From NCBI RefSeq assembly GCF_018350175.1, contig NC_058373.1, positions 104,410,001 through 104,474,000 on the forward strand: a DNA stretch of 64,000 bases. Direction: 5' to 3'. The DNA comes from Felis catus. Its lineage: Eukaryota. Shown here piece after piece: positions 12,063 through 23,839 of this stretch. Within the stretch, counting starts at the first letter, position 1. Every line of letters starts with the position of its first letter. A program made the position numbers and the translations under genes. Below the pieces are notes generated by a model. It saw nothing but the letters and a program-made list of their open reading frames with translations. It was not told the DNA's origin and did no database searches.

Positions 12063-12117
12063 GTCTTCTTCTTCTTCTTCTTCTTCTTCTTCTTCTTCTT
12101 CTTCTTCTTCTTCTTCT
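12063..12117. repeat. (CTT)n microsatellite
   Basis: Direct observation. Confidence 0.95.
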
Positions 12118-12195
12118 TTTTTGGTATTTATAAATGATGTAGATTTTTATCCATTCGGTTGGTGTACTATAAACTTAACTACTTAAATAGCTTTC

Positions 12196-13270
12196 TTTTT
12201 TTTTAATATGAAATTTATTGTCAAATTGGTTTCCATATAACACACAGTGCTCATCCCAACAGGTGCCCTCCTCAATGCCCATCACCCACTTTCTCCTCCC
12301 TCCTACCCCCCATCAACCCTCAGTTTATTCTCAGTTTTTAAGAGTCTCTTATGGTTTGCTTCCCTCTCTGTAACTTTTTTTTTCCCCTTCCCTTCCCCCA
12401 TGGTCTTCTGTTAAGTTTCTCAGGATCCACATAAGAGTGAAAACATATGGTATCTGTCTTTCTCTCCCTGGCTTATTTCACTTAGCATAACACTCTCCAA
12501 TTCCATCCACGTTGCTACAAAAGGCCACATTTCATTCTTTCTCATTGTCAAGTAGTATTCCATTGTATATCTAAACCACAACTTCTTTATCCATTCATCA
12601 GTTGATGGACATTTAGGCTCTTTCCATAATTTGGCTATTGTTGAAAGTGCTGCTATAAACATTGGGGTACAAGTGCTCCTATGCATCAGCACTCCTATAT
12701 CCCTCGGGTAAATTCCTAGCAGTGCTATTGCTGGGTCATAGGGTAGATCTATTTTTAATTTTTTGAGGAACCTCCACACTGTTTTCCAGAGTAGCTGCAC
12801 CAGTTTGCATTCCCACCAACAATGCAAGAGGGTTCCTGTTTCTCCACATCCCCTCCAGCATCTATAGTCTCCTGATTTGTTCATTTTAGCCACTCTGACT
12901 GGCGTGAGGTGATTTCTGAGTGTGGTTTTGATTTGTATTTCCCTGATGAGGAGTGACGTTGAGCATCTTTTCATGTGCCTGTTGGCCATCTGGATGTCTT
13001 CTTTAGAGAAGTGTCTATTTATGTCTTCTTCCCATTTCTTCACTGGATTATTTGTTTCTCGGGTGTGGAGTTTGCTGAGTTCTTTATAGATTTTGGATAC
13101 TAGCCCTTTGTCCCATATGCCATTTGCAAATATCTTTCCCCATTCCGTCGGTTGCCTTTTAGTTTTGTCGATTGTTTCCTTTGCAGTGCAGAAGCTCTTT
13201 ATCTTCGTGACGTCCCAATAGTTCATTTTTGCTTTTAATTCCCCTGCCTTTGGAGATGTGTCAAGTAAGA
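12196..13270 (-). mobile_element. 5'-truncated young carnivore/felid L1 (ORF2 C-terminus and 3' UTR)
   Basis: ORF 12420..13226 is an uninterrupted L1 ORF2p C-terminus including the CCHC cysteine-rich motif ([19 protein letters not shown]). The 3' UTR and poly(A) follow. Confidence 0.95.
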
Positions 13271-15029
13271 TGTTGGTTTTCTTAAGAGCAGTGAGCAGTC
13301 ATTGACATGTATGAAGCAAAGTAGTGCTTTTTAAAAAATGATTACTCTAGCTGCAGTGTGAAAACTAGAGAAGAGAAGTCACAGATGTGGAGACAGCATT
13401 GAAGAGGACCACAGAGATGGGTTGGGGGTTCATGGAGGGAAATCGATGGGCTCCACAAATATTAAAAACTGACCAAACAAGATTTGTTCTAGTTGGTGAG
13501 GGAGACCGAAGGGTCCAAATGGCATCCAAAGGGATGGATAGTGTTATCATTCACTGAGACTGGAATCCTAGGGGAAGGCCAGGTGTGAATGGCATATAAC
13601 AGGAGGATACAAATTCAGTTCGAGGCGTACCAGTGTATGTGTTGAGTAGATAATGAGATATACAGGCATGGAACTCAGAGGAGACATCTGTTCTGGAGAT
13701 GCATGTTCAGGAATCATCTCTGGGTAGAGAATAACTGAAGCCATAGTCATGGAGGAGGGTAAGAGTGAGAAGAGCAGAGCCAAGGACTCAAGACTTGAGG
13801 AGCTCAAATACTAACAAGCTGGTAGATGGGGATGAGGTGGCCAAGGACACGGAGAAGAGATGGCTCAAGAGGAAGACGCCACACTGAGACAAACAGTGTG
13901 AGCACTACTCCCACCTTAGTCCAACAATACAGGCAAATGATAATTTATTTTGAAGTTATTTTTCCTTTTAGTCTGATTTGTTGCATTATTAAGAGGTAGA
14001 CCTGGAAGCCAGCTTGGCTTTCAAGGTGATCAGAGTGAAAAAAGAGAGGGGGGAGACAGGGAAATGGATGCTGAGCAGCCAGCACTCGTGGGGAGCATGA
14101 CCTGTACCTCCAGCTACTTCCCTGCAGAACAGCTTCCTGCTCTGGGCCTGGACCTGAGCTGTTCTAGGGAAAACATCCTGCATTCCTTTCTGCTGGAGCA
14201 ACCCAAAGCTCACCGGGCAAGGAAGAAGACAAGGGGAAGGATTTGGAGATGGGGAGGAGAGACAAAGGGAAAGAACTCATCTTTAGGTTAGACATGTGCC
14301 AGGCAATTTGCATTTGTGGTAGGAAGTGGCTCTCTGTTCCACTCTCACCTTAGGTGAGAAAGTAGATTTTTTAACATAGCAACTGCACAAGAATGTAATG
14401 AGAGGTGATGAGTACTAGCAAGACAGAGGTTTGTCTGACCCTCTTCTCTGCAGAACATAAAGATGATGGGCAAATGGGACCTGCTGGTGTAAGAAGTAAC
14501 AGCTGATCAGATCAGAACGTGGGGGGAACAGAGATCAAGGGGAGATATCCATGTACCTGTGGCAAGAAGAATCAGCAAGGGCTGAAGGGGGATTTGGGGC
14601 ATGAAGGGGAGAGAACAAGGAAGTGTTTGTTCCACTCCCTGGACTTGGTTCAGGTTCCGGTTCTTCCTGGTGATGAGGCCCATGTGCCTTTACAGCTGCC
14701 CCTGTGTCTATCACACCCAGGGTCACAAGATGTCAGCTCGTTCAGTCCTCCTGTGAACACTGTGGGTAATTATGATGATTACCCATTATAGAGAGGTTAA
14801 TAACTTGTCCAATGTTGCCTAGTAAGAAAGTGGCAACTCTAGAATTCAAACTCAGGTCTGTCTAGTTCCAAATCCCCAGCTCCCTCCTCTTCTATGTACT
14901 CCTAAACCTGGTTGATCATCAGAATCTCCTGGAATTAAAAAAAAAAAATCCTGGACTGTTCACTGGGGATTGCAATTTAACAGGTCTGGGAATGAATATA
15001 TATATTATATATATATATAAATAATACAC

Positions 15030-16250
15030 TTTAATTTTTAGGGTTCATAGCAAAACTGAGTGGAAAGTACAGAGAATTCCCATATACTCCCTATCCCCAT
15101 ATATGTACAACCTCCTCCATTATCAACATCCCTCACCATCTGTTATGACTAATGAGCCTACATTCACATGTCATTATCATTAAAAGCCCATAGTTTAACT
15201 TGGGGGTTCACTCTGGTGTTGTACATTTTATGGGTTTGCACAAATGTATAATGGCATGTGTATCTACCAATGTAGTATCTTACGGAATAGTTTCACCGCC
15301 CTAAAAATCCCCGTTTTGCCCGTTCATGCCTCCCTCCCTCTCCCTATCCCCTGGCAACCACTGATCTTTTTATAGCCTCTGTTGTTTTGCCTTTTCTGAA
15401 ATGTCAATATCCTTGGACTCATACAGTATGCAGCCTTTTCAGATTGGCTTTTTCACTTAGCAATACACATTCAAGTTTTGTCCATGTATTTTCATAGCTT
15501 GAGAGCTGATTTCTTTTTAGTGCTGAATAATATTCCATCATCTGGCTGTGCCGTGGTTTCTTCATTCATTCATCTACTGAAGGACATCTTGGTTATATCC
15601 AAATTTTGGAAATTATGAATAAAGCTACCATAAACCTCCACGTGCAGGCTTTTGTGTGGATATAAATTTTCAGTTCATTTGGGTAAATACCAAAGCTCAT
15701 GATTGCTAGACTGTATGGAAAGAGTATGTTTAGTTTTATAAGAAAGCACCAAACTGACTTCCAAAGTGGCTCGACCATTTTGCGTTCCACCAGCAGCGTG
15801 TGAGAGTTCCTGCTGCTCCACATCCTTGCCAACTTTTGGTGTCGTCAGTGGTTTGGATTTTGGTGATTCTAATATGTGTATGGTGATATCTCATGGTTGT
15901 TTTAATTTGTATTTTCCTGATGACACATGACGTTGAACATATTTTCATATGCTCACTTGTCTTCTTATTCTCTTGACACTGTCTTTTGTAGAGCAGAACG
16001 TTTTTGTTTGTTTGTTTTTTAATGTTTATTTATTTTTGAGAGAGAACAAGTGGGGCAGGATCCCAGAGACAGGGACAGAGGATCCAAAGTGGGTTCCATG
16101 CTGACAGCAGTGAGCCCAATGTGGGGCTTGAACTCACAAACTGAGAGATCATGATCTGAGCTGAAGTCAGATGCTCAACAAACTGAGCCACCCAGGTGTC
16201 CCAGAGCAGGTTTTAATTTCAATGAAGTCCAGCTTCTCAACTGTTTCTTT
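15030..16250 (-). mobile_element. Old L1 3' end (L1MC-like) interrupted by a SINE
   Basis: Degenerate ORF2 peptides (15593..15948) and an L1MC-like 3' UTR. Confidence 0.8.
16001..16202 (-). mobile_element. Can-SINE
   Basis: Reverse SINE flanked by agagcag repeats. Confidence 0.85.
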
Positions 16251-16630
16251 GGAATGTATCTCCAAAGGATCCTGATGATTTTCCAGGTTGGGGTCTAGTG
16301 GCTTCCATACTGCCTCAAGTGAATAAAGGGGCTACATCAGAGTAGACCCCAAAGGATTTGTGTGTGGAGCATTATTGAAAATGTGAGTCTGAAGAAACCA
16401 GCTATTTAAATACTTTCACCTATTTAAAATAACTTATCCATAAATACTTAGGGCCAGGTTTTTCTTTGGAAGTGTAAATTTATATTCTTCTATTTTCCGA
16501 CTCATTTTATTTAAACCCATAATTCTGATAAGGGTTGAATAGTAGGTGTCTTTAAGAACCCTCTCTAGGCAATTGCTTTCTTCCTGGCCTTTGGAAAGAA
16601 ACTAAGAATCACTCTATTCCTCCACAAAGG

Positions 16631-16646
16631 GCACTAGATGGCAGCA
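16631..16646 (+). promoter_or_regulatory. CTCF-like motif in CCDC198 intron 2
   Basis: GCACTAGATGGCAGCA versus CTCF core CCASYAGRKGGCRS; motif match only. Confidence 0.45.
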
Positions 16647-17659
16647 ATGAACATTACAAGTAGGATCCCTCCGTTAAGTATTTGCACTTGGCCTGAGAAG
16701 CTATGCAGAAAATATTGTTGGAAAATTGGCTTCTCTAAAGAAACCAGTCAAATGAAATTGCCCTAGAATTCTGGGGTTCATATCAATGTTCCTTTTCCCT
16801 GATTAGGAAGCAAGATGCCTCACTTCATCATCTGAGAGAATACAAGGGAAGGACTTACTGAAGAATTGGAAGGGTAGAATGACACTTTTTTTTTTTTTTT
16901 AAGTCTTATGGTATAAAAAAAAATGTGTCATCTATCTAAAGGTTTCTGGGTTATTTGGCTTCTCAAATTAAACAAATGGTCAGGAAAATCAAGTGAAATG
17001 TCAGCTGAAAGATTCAGAAATGGAGATTAAAAATCAAGCAGAAGTCACTGAGCTTGGTGACGCACTGACCTGAGATGGTTGCTTCTGTGTCCTAACAGGA
17101 AGATAAAGATGGGCAGGAGCTCAAAGAAATTGCAAAATTTGTTTGGCACAATGACTCAAGAATGTATGCCCTTTAAGGTTCTGGGAAGAAGGTAAAGGTG
17201 TCCAGAACAGTCTTGGAGTAAGAGATTATAAACCCAAGGAAGAGTTTCTGGTCAAGGCATTGCAATGAATCCACATTTCAATAACTTTCTTTGTCCCAAA
17301 CATCTAGCAATGAAAACTAAAACATAAAACCAAAAACAAAAAAAAAATGTGGTTGGCCCTTAATACAAGATATATATCTCCATGGGCCAGAAAAAAGATA
17401 CATACTTAGAGGAAGCTGATCCATAAGGCATTCAGGCCTCCTGATGGCTGTGAGTTATTTCTACAAATTAAAGGGGACCTAAAAATGCTCCATGTAAGAT
17501 GGTAAACTAGAGCAAAGATCACAGCTTGAAATCAGAGGCTGGGTTATTCTCTACTTTTCTACCTGGTTTAAGAGAGCTGCATCAAAATGTAAGTTGGAAG
17601 ATTAGTTTTACAAGCGTTGCCAAAAAGTTGAATACGAAGAATATTATCTTCGTATTAAT

Positions 17660-18112
17660 AAAAAGGATGAAATCTTGCCATTTGCTACAACATGGATGGA
17701 CCTAGAGAGTATAATGTTAAGTGAAATACGTTAGACTGAGAAAGACAAATACCATATGATTTCACTCAGATGTGGAGTCTAAAAAACAAAACAAATGTAC
17801 CAACAAAAAGCAGAAATAGACTCATAAGTACAGAGAACAAACTGGTGGTTGCCAGAGGGAAAAGGGGGAGGGAATGGGCGAAATGGGTGAAGGGAAGTGG
17901 GAGATACAGGCTCCCAGTTATGGAACGAATAAGTCACAGGAATGAAAGGCACGGCATAGGGAACATCATCAATAGTGTTATAATAACATTGTATAGTTAT
18001 TATACAGATGGTAGCTACACTTGGGGCGAACACAGCTTAAGTATAGAGATAGGGAATCACCATGAAACTCACGTTACATTGTGCGTCAACTATACTCAGA
18101 TAGAAAAAGTGT
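17660..18112 (+). mobile_element. L1 3' end (carnivore/L1MA-like)
   Basis: gatgaaatcttgccatttgctacaacatggatggacctagag...gaaagacaaataccatatgatttcact motif. Confidence 0.85.
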
Positions 18113-18119
18113 GTTAGAA

Positions 18120-19545
18120 GTTGAAGATGAAGAAGCTAAGACTTTATAACAATAAACTTGAAAGCTTCAATGGATAAATTAATGATACTCTGCAAAAATA
18201 TAAATTAGCAAAACTGAATCAGGAAGAAATAAGATAAATGAAACAACTAAGAAATTAAGTTCGTTGGAAAATTTCTCATTCCCCCAAAAGTCCAGGCGGC
18301 TAAAGGTGGTTTCACAGGCCCGTTTCATCAAACTTTTAAGATAGTAACCGTGTTACATCAAATATTATAGACAACTGAAGAAAGAAAAAGATAATCAGTG
18401 AATTTTACGAAACTACTACAACCCTGGAAGCAAAACTAATAAAAGACAGTATAGGAAATTGTAGGACAATTTTTCTTATGAAAATAGACGTGAAAGGCCT
18501 AAGCATACACAATCCTGCCATGTATTTGTATATGTATCTTGTGGCCAAGTAGGATTTATGCCAGGAATATAAGCATGGTTCAACATCATAACGTTTGTTA
18601 GTGTACTACATTGTATCAGCTGGTTTAAAAAGGAAATTCGTATGATTATTTTAATAGATGAAGGGGGAAATATCAATAAAATTTCACACCGAGCCCGAAG
18701 CAAAACTCTTACCACACTAGGAATAAAGGGAATGTCAACAATTTAATAAATGGCGTTGTGCCAGATAGCTCCCACTTGGTTCTCTAGGTCCACTTGCCAC
18801 ATTTCTCTCCCCTGTTCTCTGCCTGGGAGTAACCAGTTTCTTCTGCCTTCAGGCTTCCCACTGGGTTTAGCCACTGAGACATCCTGGCAGGAGATCTGAG
18901 AGAAGAGAGAACAGTGTATTTCTCCCCCTGGCTTCCTTCCTGCAAGGGCGTGTTGGGCTGGTTGTGTCCTCCTGTTTCTCTCAAAGCACCTTCCTCTACC
19001 TGACTGTCTCCTTCCAGGTTCTAGAAGAGTCTCACTCTGAATCCCTTTGCTCAGAGATGGTTATCCCTCAGCTGCCACTAGTGGTTATTGCAATATCCTT
19101 TGTGGTCCCCTTGATCCAAACCTCATAAACAGTTACTTATAAAGAAAATTTCCTTGAATTATTCTAATTTGAGTATGGCATCTGATTCCTTGTGGGATTC
19201 TGACCAGCATCTATCAAAACCCTATTGCAAATGTACTTAGTTTTCGAACCATATGTATTAATGTCATAGATAAGAGAAGGATGCCCATTATCACTGCTGG
19301 TATTCAATATCGGAGGAAAACTCTAGCCAAAGCAAAAGTCAAGAAAACAAAAGAAGGAATAAGAATTGGGAGGAAAGAAAAAAAACTATTCTTATTTATG
19401 GAAGATGTCATCTACATAGCAAATCTAAAAGAATCTATAGATAATTAGAATTCATTTCAATAAAGTTGTGGAACACAAAATTCAATCTGCAAAATTCAAA
19501 AGCTTTCTTATTCACAAGTAACAATCATTTAGAAAATTAAATGGA
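18120..19545 (+). mobile_element. Highly degenerate L1 ORF2 fragment with a probable LTR insert (about 18757-19210)
   Basis: A-rich ORF2-like motifs (caagtaggatttatgccaggaat, gaaggatgcccattatcact); by eye only. Confidence 0.5.
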
Positions 19546-19547
19546 GA

Positions 19548-19764
19548 GGGGCGCCTGGGTGGCTTAGTCAATTGGGCATCTGACTCTTGATTTCAGCTCA
19601 GGTCATGATCTCAGGTCATGAGATTGAGCCCTGTGTTGGGCTCCATGTGAGCATGTAGCTGGCTTGAGATTCTCTTTCTCCCTCTCTCTCAGTCCCTCCC
19701 CCATCTCTAAAAAAGAAAAGAAAGAAGAAAAGAAGAAGAAAGGAAAAGAAAAGAAAAAAGAAAA
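19548..19764 (+). mobile_element. Older Can-SINE with GAAAA-type tail
   Basis: SINE head and CT tract. Confidence 0.85.
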
Positions 19765-19814
19765 TGGGGTGGGGGGAAGACCTTATTCATAATAGGAGGG
19801 TAAAACCCCCATAG

Positions 19815-20170
19815 TGTATTTTGATGGTCAGCATGGACTTGCCTCGGCTACAGCCTCCAGTTATTCAAACACTAATCTAGGTGTTGCTGTGAAATTATTT
19901 TCGAGATGTGATTAAGATCAATAATCATTTGACTTTAAGTAAGGAAGATTATTTTAGATAATCTGGGTGGGCCTGATTCAGACAGTTGAAATGTCTTAAA
20001 AGTAAAGCTGAGGCTCCCCTGAAGAAGAGAAAATTCTACTTGTGGACAGCAGCTTAAGCTCATGTCCTGCATTTGCAGCCTGACCTCCCTGATGGCCTGC
20101 CCTGTGGATTTTGGACTTGCCTTGCCAGCCTCCATAATCATATAAGGCAATGTAAGCCAATTACCTGCAC
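19815..20170 (+). mobile_element. ERVL LTR (MLT2-like)
   Basis: actaatctaggtgttgctgtgaa...gactttaagtaaggaagatt...gataatctgggtgggcctgattca motif. Confidence 0.75.
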
Positions 20171-20171
20171 A

Positions 20172-20385
20172 CATATATATATATATATATATTATATATT
20201 ATATATTATATATTATATATTATATATTATATATTATATATTATATAATATATAATATATAATATATAATATATAATATATAATATATATATACAATATA
20301 TATATTATATATATATACATATATATGTATTATATATATACATATATATGTATACATATATTATATATATGTATATATGTGTATG

Positions 20386-20422
<37 letters not shown>
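20172..20422. repeat. Compound (TA)n/(CA)n low-complexity tract
   Basis: Direct observation. Confidence 0.95.
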
Positions 20423-20424
<2 letters not shown>

Positions 20425-22120
20425 CACAAAGAAACATATAATAGAAAATGGGCAAAGAGAAAAGACAAGGAAAGGAAATAAATTGGTGGCAAATCATATA
20501 ATACTGATAACAAACAATGAAACCGTCTGGGTCAGAACCAGCTTCCTTGTCTCTTCTCGGCAGTCTTAATACTCATCTTTTCCCCTTTGCACTCATTCAT
20601 TCAACATTTATGCAACTCATATTTATTGAGCACCTATTATGTTCCAGGTACTGTTCTAGACACTTAGATATATTAGTGAAGACAACAGACAAAAATCCCT
20701 GCCTCTCTGAAAGACTATATTCTAGCACTGTCAGGGAGGTGATGAAGAAAATACACAATGAACATTAGAGAAGTAAATTTCTTGGCGTGTTAGATGGTAC
20801 TCTGGGGAAAAGAAAAGATCACGGCAGATCAGGGGACCCAGGATCGCCAGGGTAAAGATTGCAACTGTCAAGAGGTTATCATGATAAGCCTCTAGGATTT
20901 AAGCAAATCTTGAGAGATGAGGGAGGGAGTCATCTGAGGAAATCACATTACCTGGGGCCCTGGGGGTGGGGGCAGTTGACCATCTCCACCTTAGGTTGGA
21001 ATAGAGATGGTTGGAGGAGAAAGTGAATCAGGCCAGGAGGGACAGTGGTGATCAACTTCCAACACAAGATGAGCACGCTGGATTCAGAGTTGCCTGGCAG
21101 AGGCTCCCAGAACTTAGCAGCTCCAAGTCGGAGAACTTTAGTTCATGACCTGCTCTTTACTTGAGGAGTAGATGTCTAGGAAGTGGAGAGTGCCAAATGT
21201 GCAACTCAAATTATTTAGGATGCAATTAGATTTGGTTTAATAATTAAAAATACTTTTAGAATTTTCTTTGGCAGACATTAGGCTATTAATTAGCATGTCA
21301 TGGGAACCCAGCATTTATTATTCTCTCAAAAACCCATTTGTGGTAGAGAATGTGCTGAGCCTCATTTGTGAAGATAATTATAGTTGATATCTTTGGGAAT
21401 GTCTGCCAAGTTCCCAGTGATTTCCCTCTTCTCTGGGAGCTGCTTCCAGAATTTATGGTGGTGGGGGGGGGGGCTTCTCTTCCTACATTTCTACTGCATA
21501 AGCATATCCTCTGGTCATAGCTTATTGGAACAGAACTAGAATCATGAGCAAAGCTGAACCAATAAGATATTTTTCTCCTAGGAATTTCAAATTGGAGCCT
21601 AAAGAGCCAGGCGAATCTATTTGACTGGAACTATAAAAATACAAATTCAGGAATTGAAGTTTGTCCATATTTCACCAAGTGATCTTGAGGAGCAAAGAAA
21701 GTTGATCTGCAGGAAGAATAAAGAATGCATGAAGGAAAGCTCAGAGGAGACACAGAGAGAGTTGTGCCATTCAGGTTCCAAGGCAAAGCTGTTCCCTGAA
21801 GCCCAAGTGCCTCCCAGTTCTTGGGTTCAACAAACACTCCTATATCTTCATAATTCATCACGTTGGCAACCAGTCAATTAGACTTACAATACAGGATGTT
21901 GCGGGTCTTCAATAGCAGGGAGAAGGCATTTTGATTTTTGTTCCTACCAGGGATAATGGGTCACATTGTCATTCATTCATCTATTCATTCACCATTCATT
22001 CATTCATTCATTCATTCATAAGCTTTTTGGGAGTACATATTAAGTGTTAGAGACTAAAGATATAAGACTGAACATGACATAGTCTTTGCACTAAAATAAT
22101 TCATTTTTATTGATTTTTCA

Positions 22121-22358
22121 TTTTTTTTATTTTTTAAAAAAAAAATTTTTTTTCAACGTTTATTTATTTTTGGGACAGAGAGAGACAGAGCATGAACGGG
22201 CGAGGGGCAGAGAGAGAGAGGGAGACACAGAATCGGAAACAGGCTCCAGGCTCTGAGCCATCCGCCCAGAGCCCGACACGGGGCTCGAACTCACGGACCG
22301 CGAGATCGTGACCTGGCTGAAGTCAGACGCTTAACCGACCGCGCCACCCAGGCGCCCC
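22121..22358 (-). mobile_element. Young SINEC_Fc
   Basis: TSD tgatttttcattttt. Confidence 0.95.
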
Positions 22359-23244
22359 TGATTTTTCATTTTTAAGGGGGTTGGTTAGGATGTGGGGATA
22401 CCCTCTTTTGTTCTGAAACACCAAAGTTCTCCTTTTTGCGCTTGACTGACTTGAGAATCAAAGCCTAACTAGCTGATTTAGGGTTGATAGATCTAAAAAG
22501 TACTTTGTGAACTACAAATGGCTACATATACTTTTCACTGGTTATGGTAATATCTTCTACTTGAGTTATTCAGCTCACTGGCTCCATAGGAACATTATAT
22601 TAAGCACATCTCATTGAAAAGTTACATTTGATTTAGGAATAAAAGGTAAAGTTTTTAAATTGTCCAGTTTAGTTAAAGATATGCCCAAAAGTTTTAAAAT
22701 TATATATCAATTTGATATAATTATATTTTATTTATCTTTTAAAAAGTTTTGAGGTTTCTAATATTTTAGGAAAAGATGCTCTTTTGGTGAACAAAAGGTG
22801 TAATCATTTCAAATGATTGTGAGCTTCTGGAGAAGACAGGTAAATAAAAACCAATTGAAACAGAAATAATCCCCAGCAAATGAGCTCAAATACCTCTGGG
22901 ATTTGTCCAGATGTCTGGGTGAATTGTGTATCAGGTGGGATTTGGTTCCAATTCCTTTTTTTCCAAATGTCAGTGATAGATCCTGCTCACAGGAGAGCCC
23001 AAACCCTTCTCTTAGCTGATGCTCATTTTCAGGTACCCACTCAGATCTCTTTCCCCGTCTAGGATGAGAGTCCTTAGAATTTCTATTTCTCTAGAGTGAA
23101 TTCATTAAATTTTTATTAAGGTGAATGCATTTAAATCTCTTGCTTTGCTGCCTTGGAATCCAATGTCCTCAATTTCAGCAACCAGTTAACATTTACAACG
23201 ATAAAAGATTAGGGGTAGAAGGTCTGTAGAGATCAACTATGCTG

Positions 23245-23465
23245 CTGGTTAAGAGCATGGGCTTTGAAGACCTGTTTGATGTCTGAGCTCCACTGTCCTT
23301 GGACAAGTTACTTAATTCTCTAAACCACACCTACAAAGCAAAGGTATTAGTTCCTTTCTCATAGAGAGGGTGTGAAGATTAAATGATAGACATTGATCAA
23401 GTTGCCCAGAGTGTATCTGACTTGAAGTAGGTGGTAACTAGAATAGTACTAGCTGTTATTATTGT
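23245..23465. mobile_element. MIR
   Basis: ggttaagagcatgggctttg...ccttggacaagttacttaa...gtgaagattaaatga. Confidence 0.7.
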
Positions 23466-23756
23466 TACTATTGTTTGTTATAACTCATCAAATGCAAAAT
23501 GCAAAGGTCTTTTGAATCCCATCATGCCTGTGCCTTTGATACTGTATTTCCTTCTTTTGGTGGTGGTCTTAAAAGTGAAATCATTACAAAAGGAAATCCT
23601 AAAGAAATATGGTCTTTGCAATTGATGACATTCTCTTTAACAACATTCTCATTAGCTTAGTCATTTTCAATATCCCTTCTTTATGGTTATAGTTAAAAAG
23701 GGATGTTACCATTAAATCCAAGAAATTCCTTATGAGGTCTTTTAAATTCATCTTAC

Positions 23757-23839
23757 TTGAAGTCTTCGGGGTGGATGCCTTTTAATAATACTTGTTTCTC
23801 CGTGTTCCAGTGGGATATCAAAATACATGGCCCTGGGCC
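23757..23839 (-). CDS. CCDC198: CCDC198 coding exon 2 (GPRAMYFDIPLEHGETSIIKRHPPRRLQ, 83 nt)
   Basis: Acceptor ctcctaatctttcaag|, donor CAA|gtaaga. Phase 1 to 0 joins exon 1 in frame. Peptide matches the remembered CCDC198 motif MYFDIPLEH..TSIIKRHPP. Not in the ORF track. Confidence 0.95.

Larger units (their letters stand above)
11060..13870. mobile_element. Old L2 element interrupted by an MLT1 LTR and a young L1
   Basis: L2-like sequence on both sides of the inserts, reading continuously across 12058/13278. Confidence 0.6.

Noticed and set aside
12420..13226. Longest ORF (268 aa) as a host gene
   Set aside because: It is the L1 ORF2p C-terminus of a 5'-truncated element with no promoter, endonuclease or RT domain.
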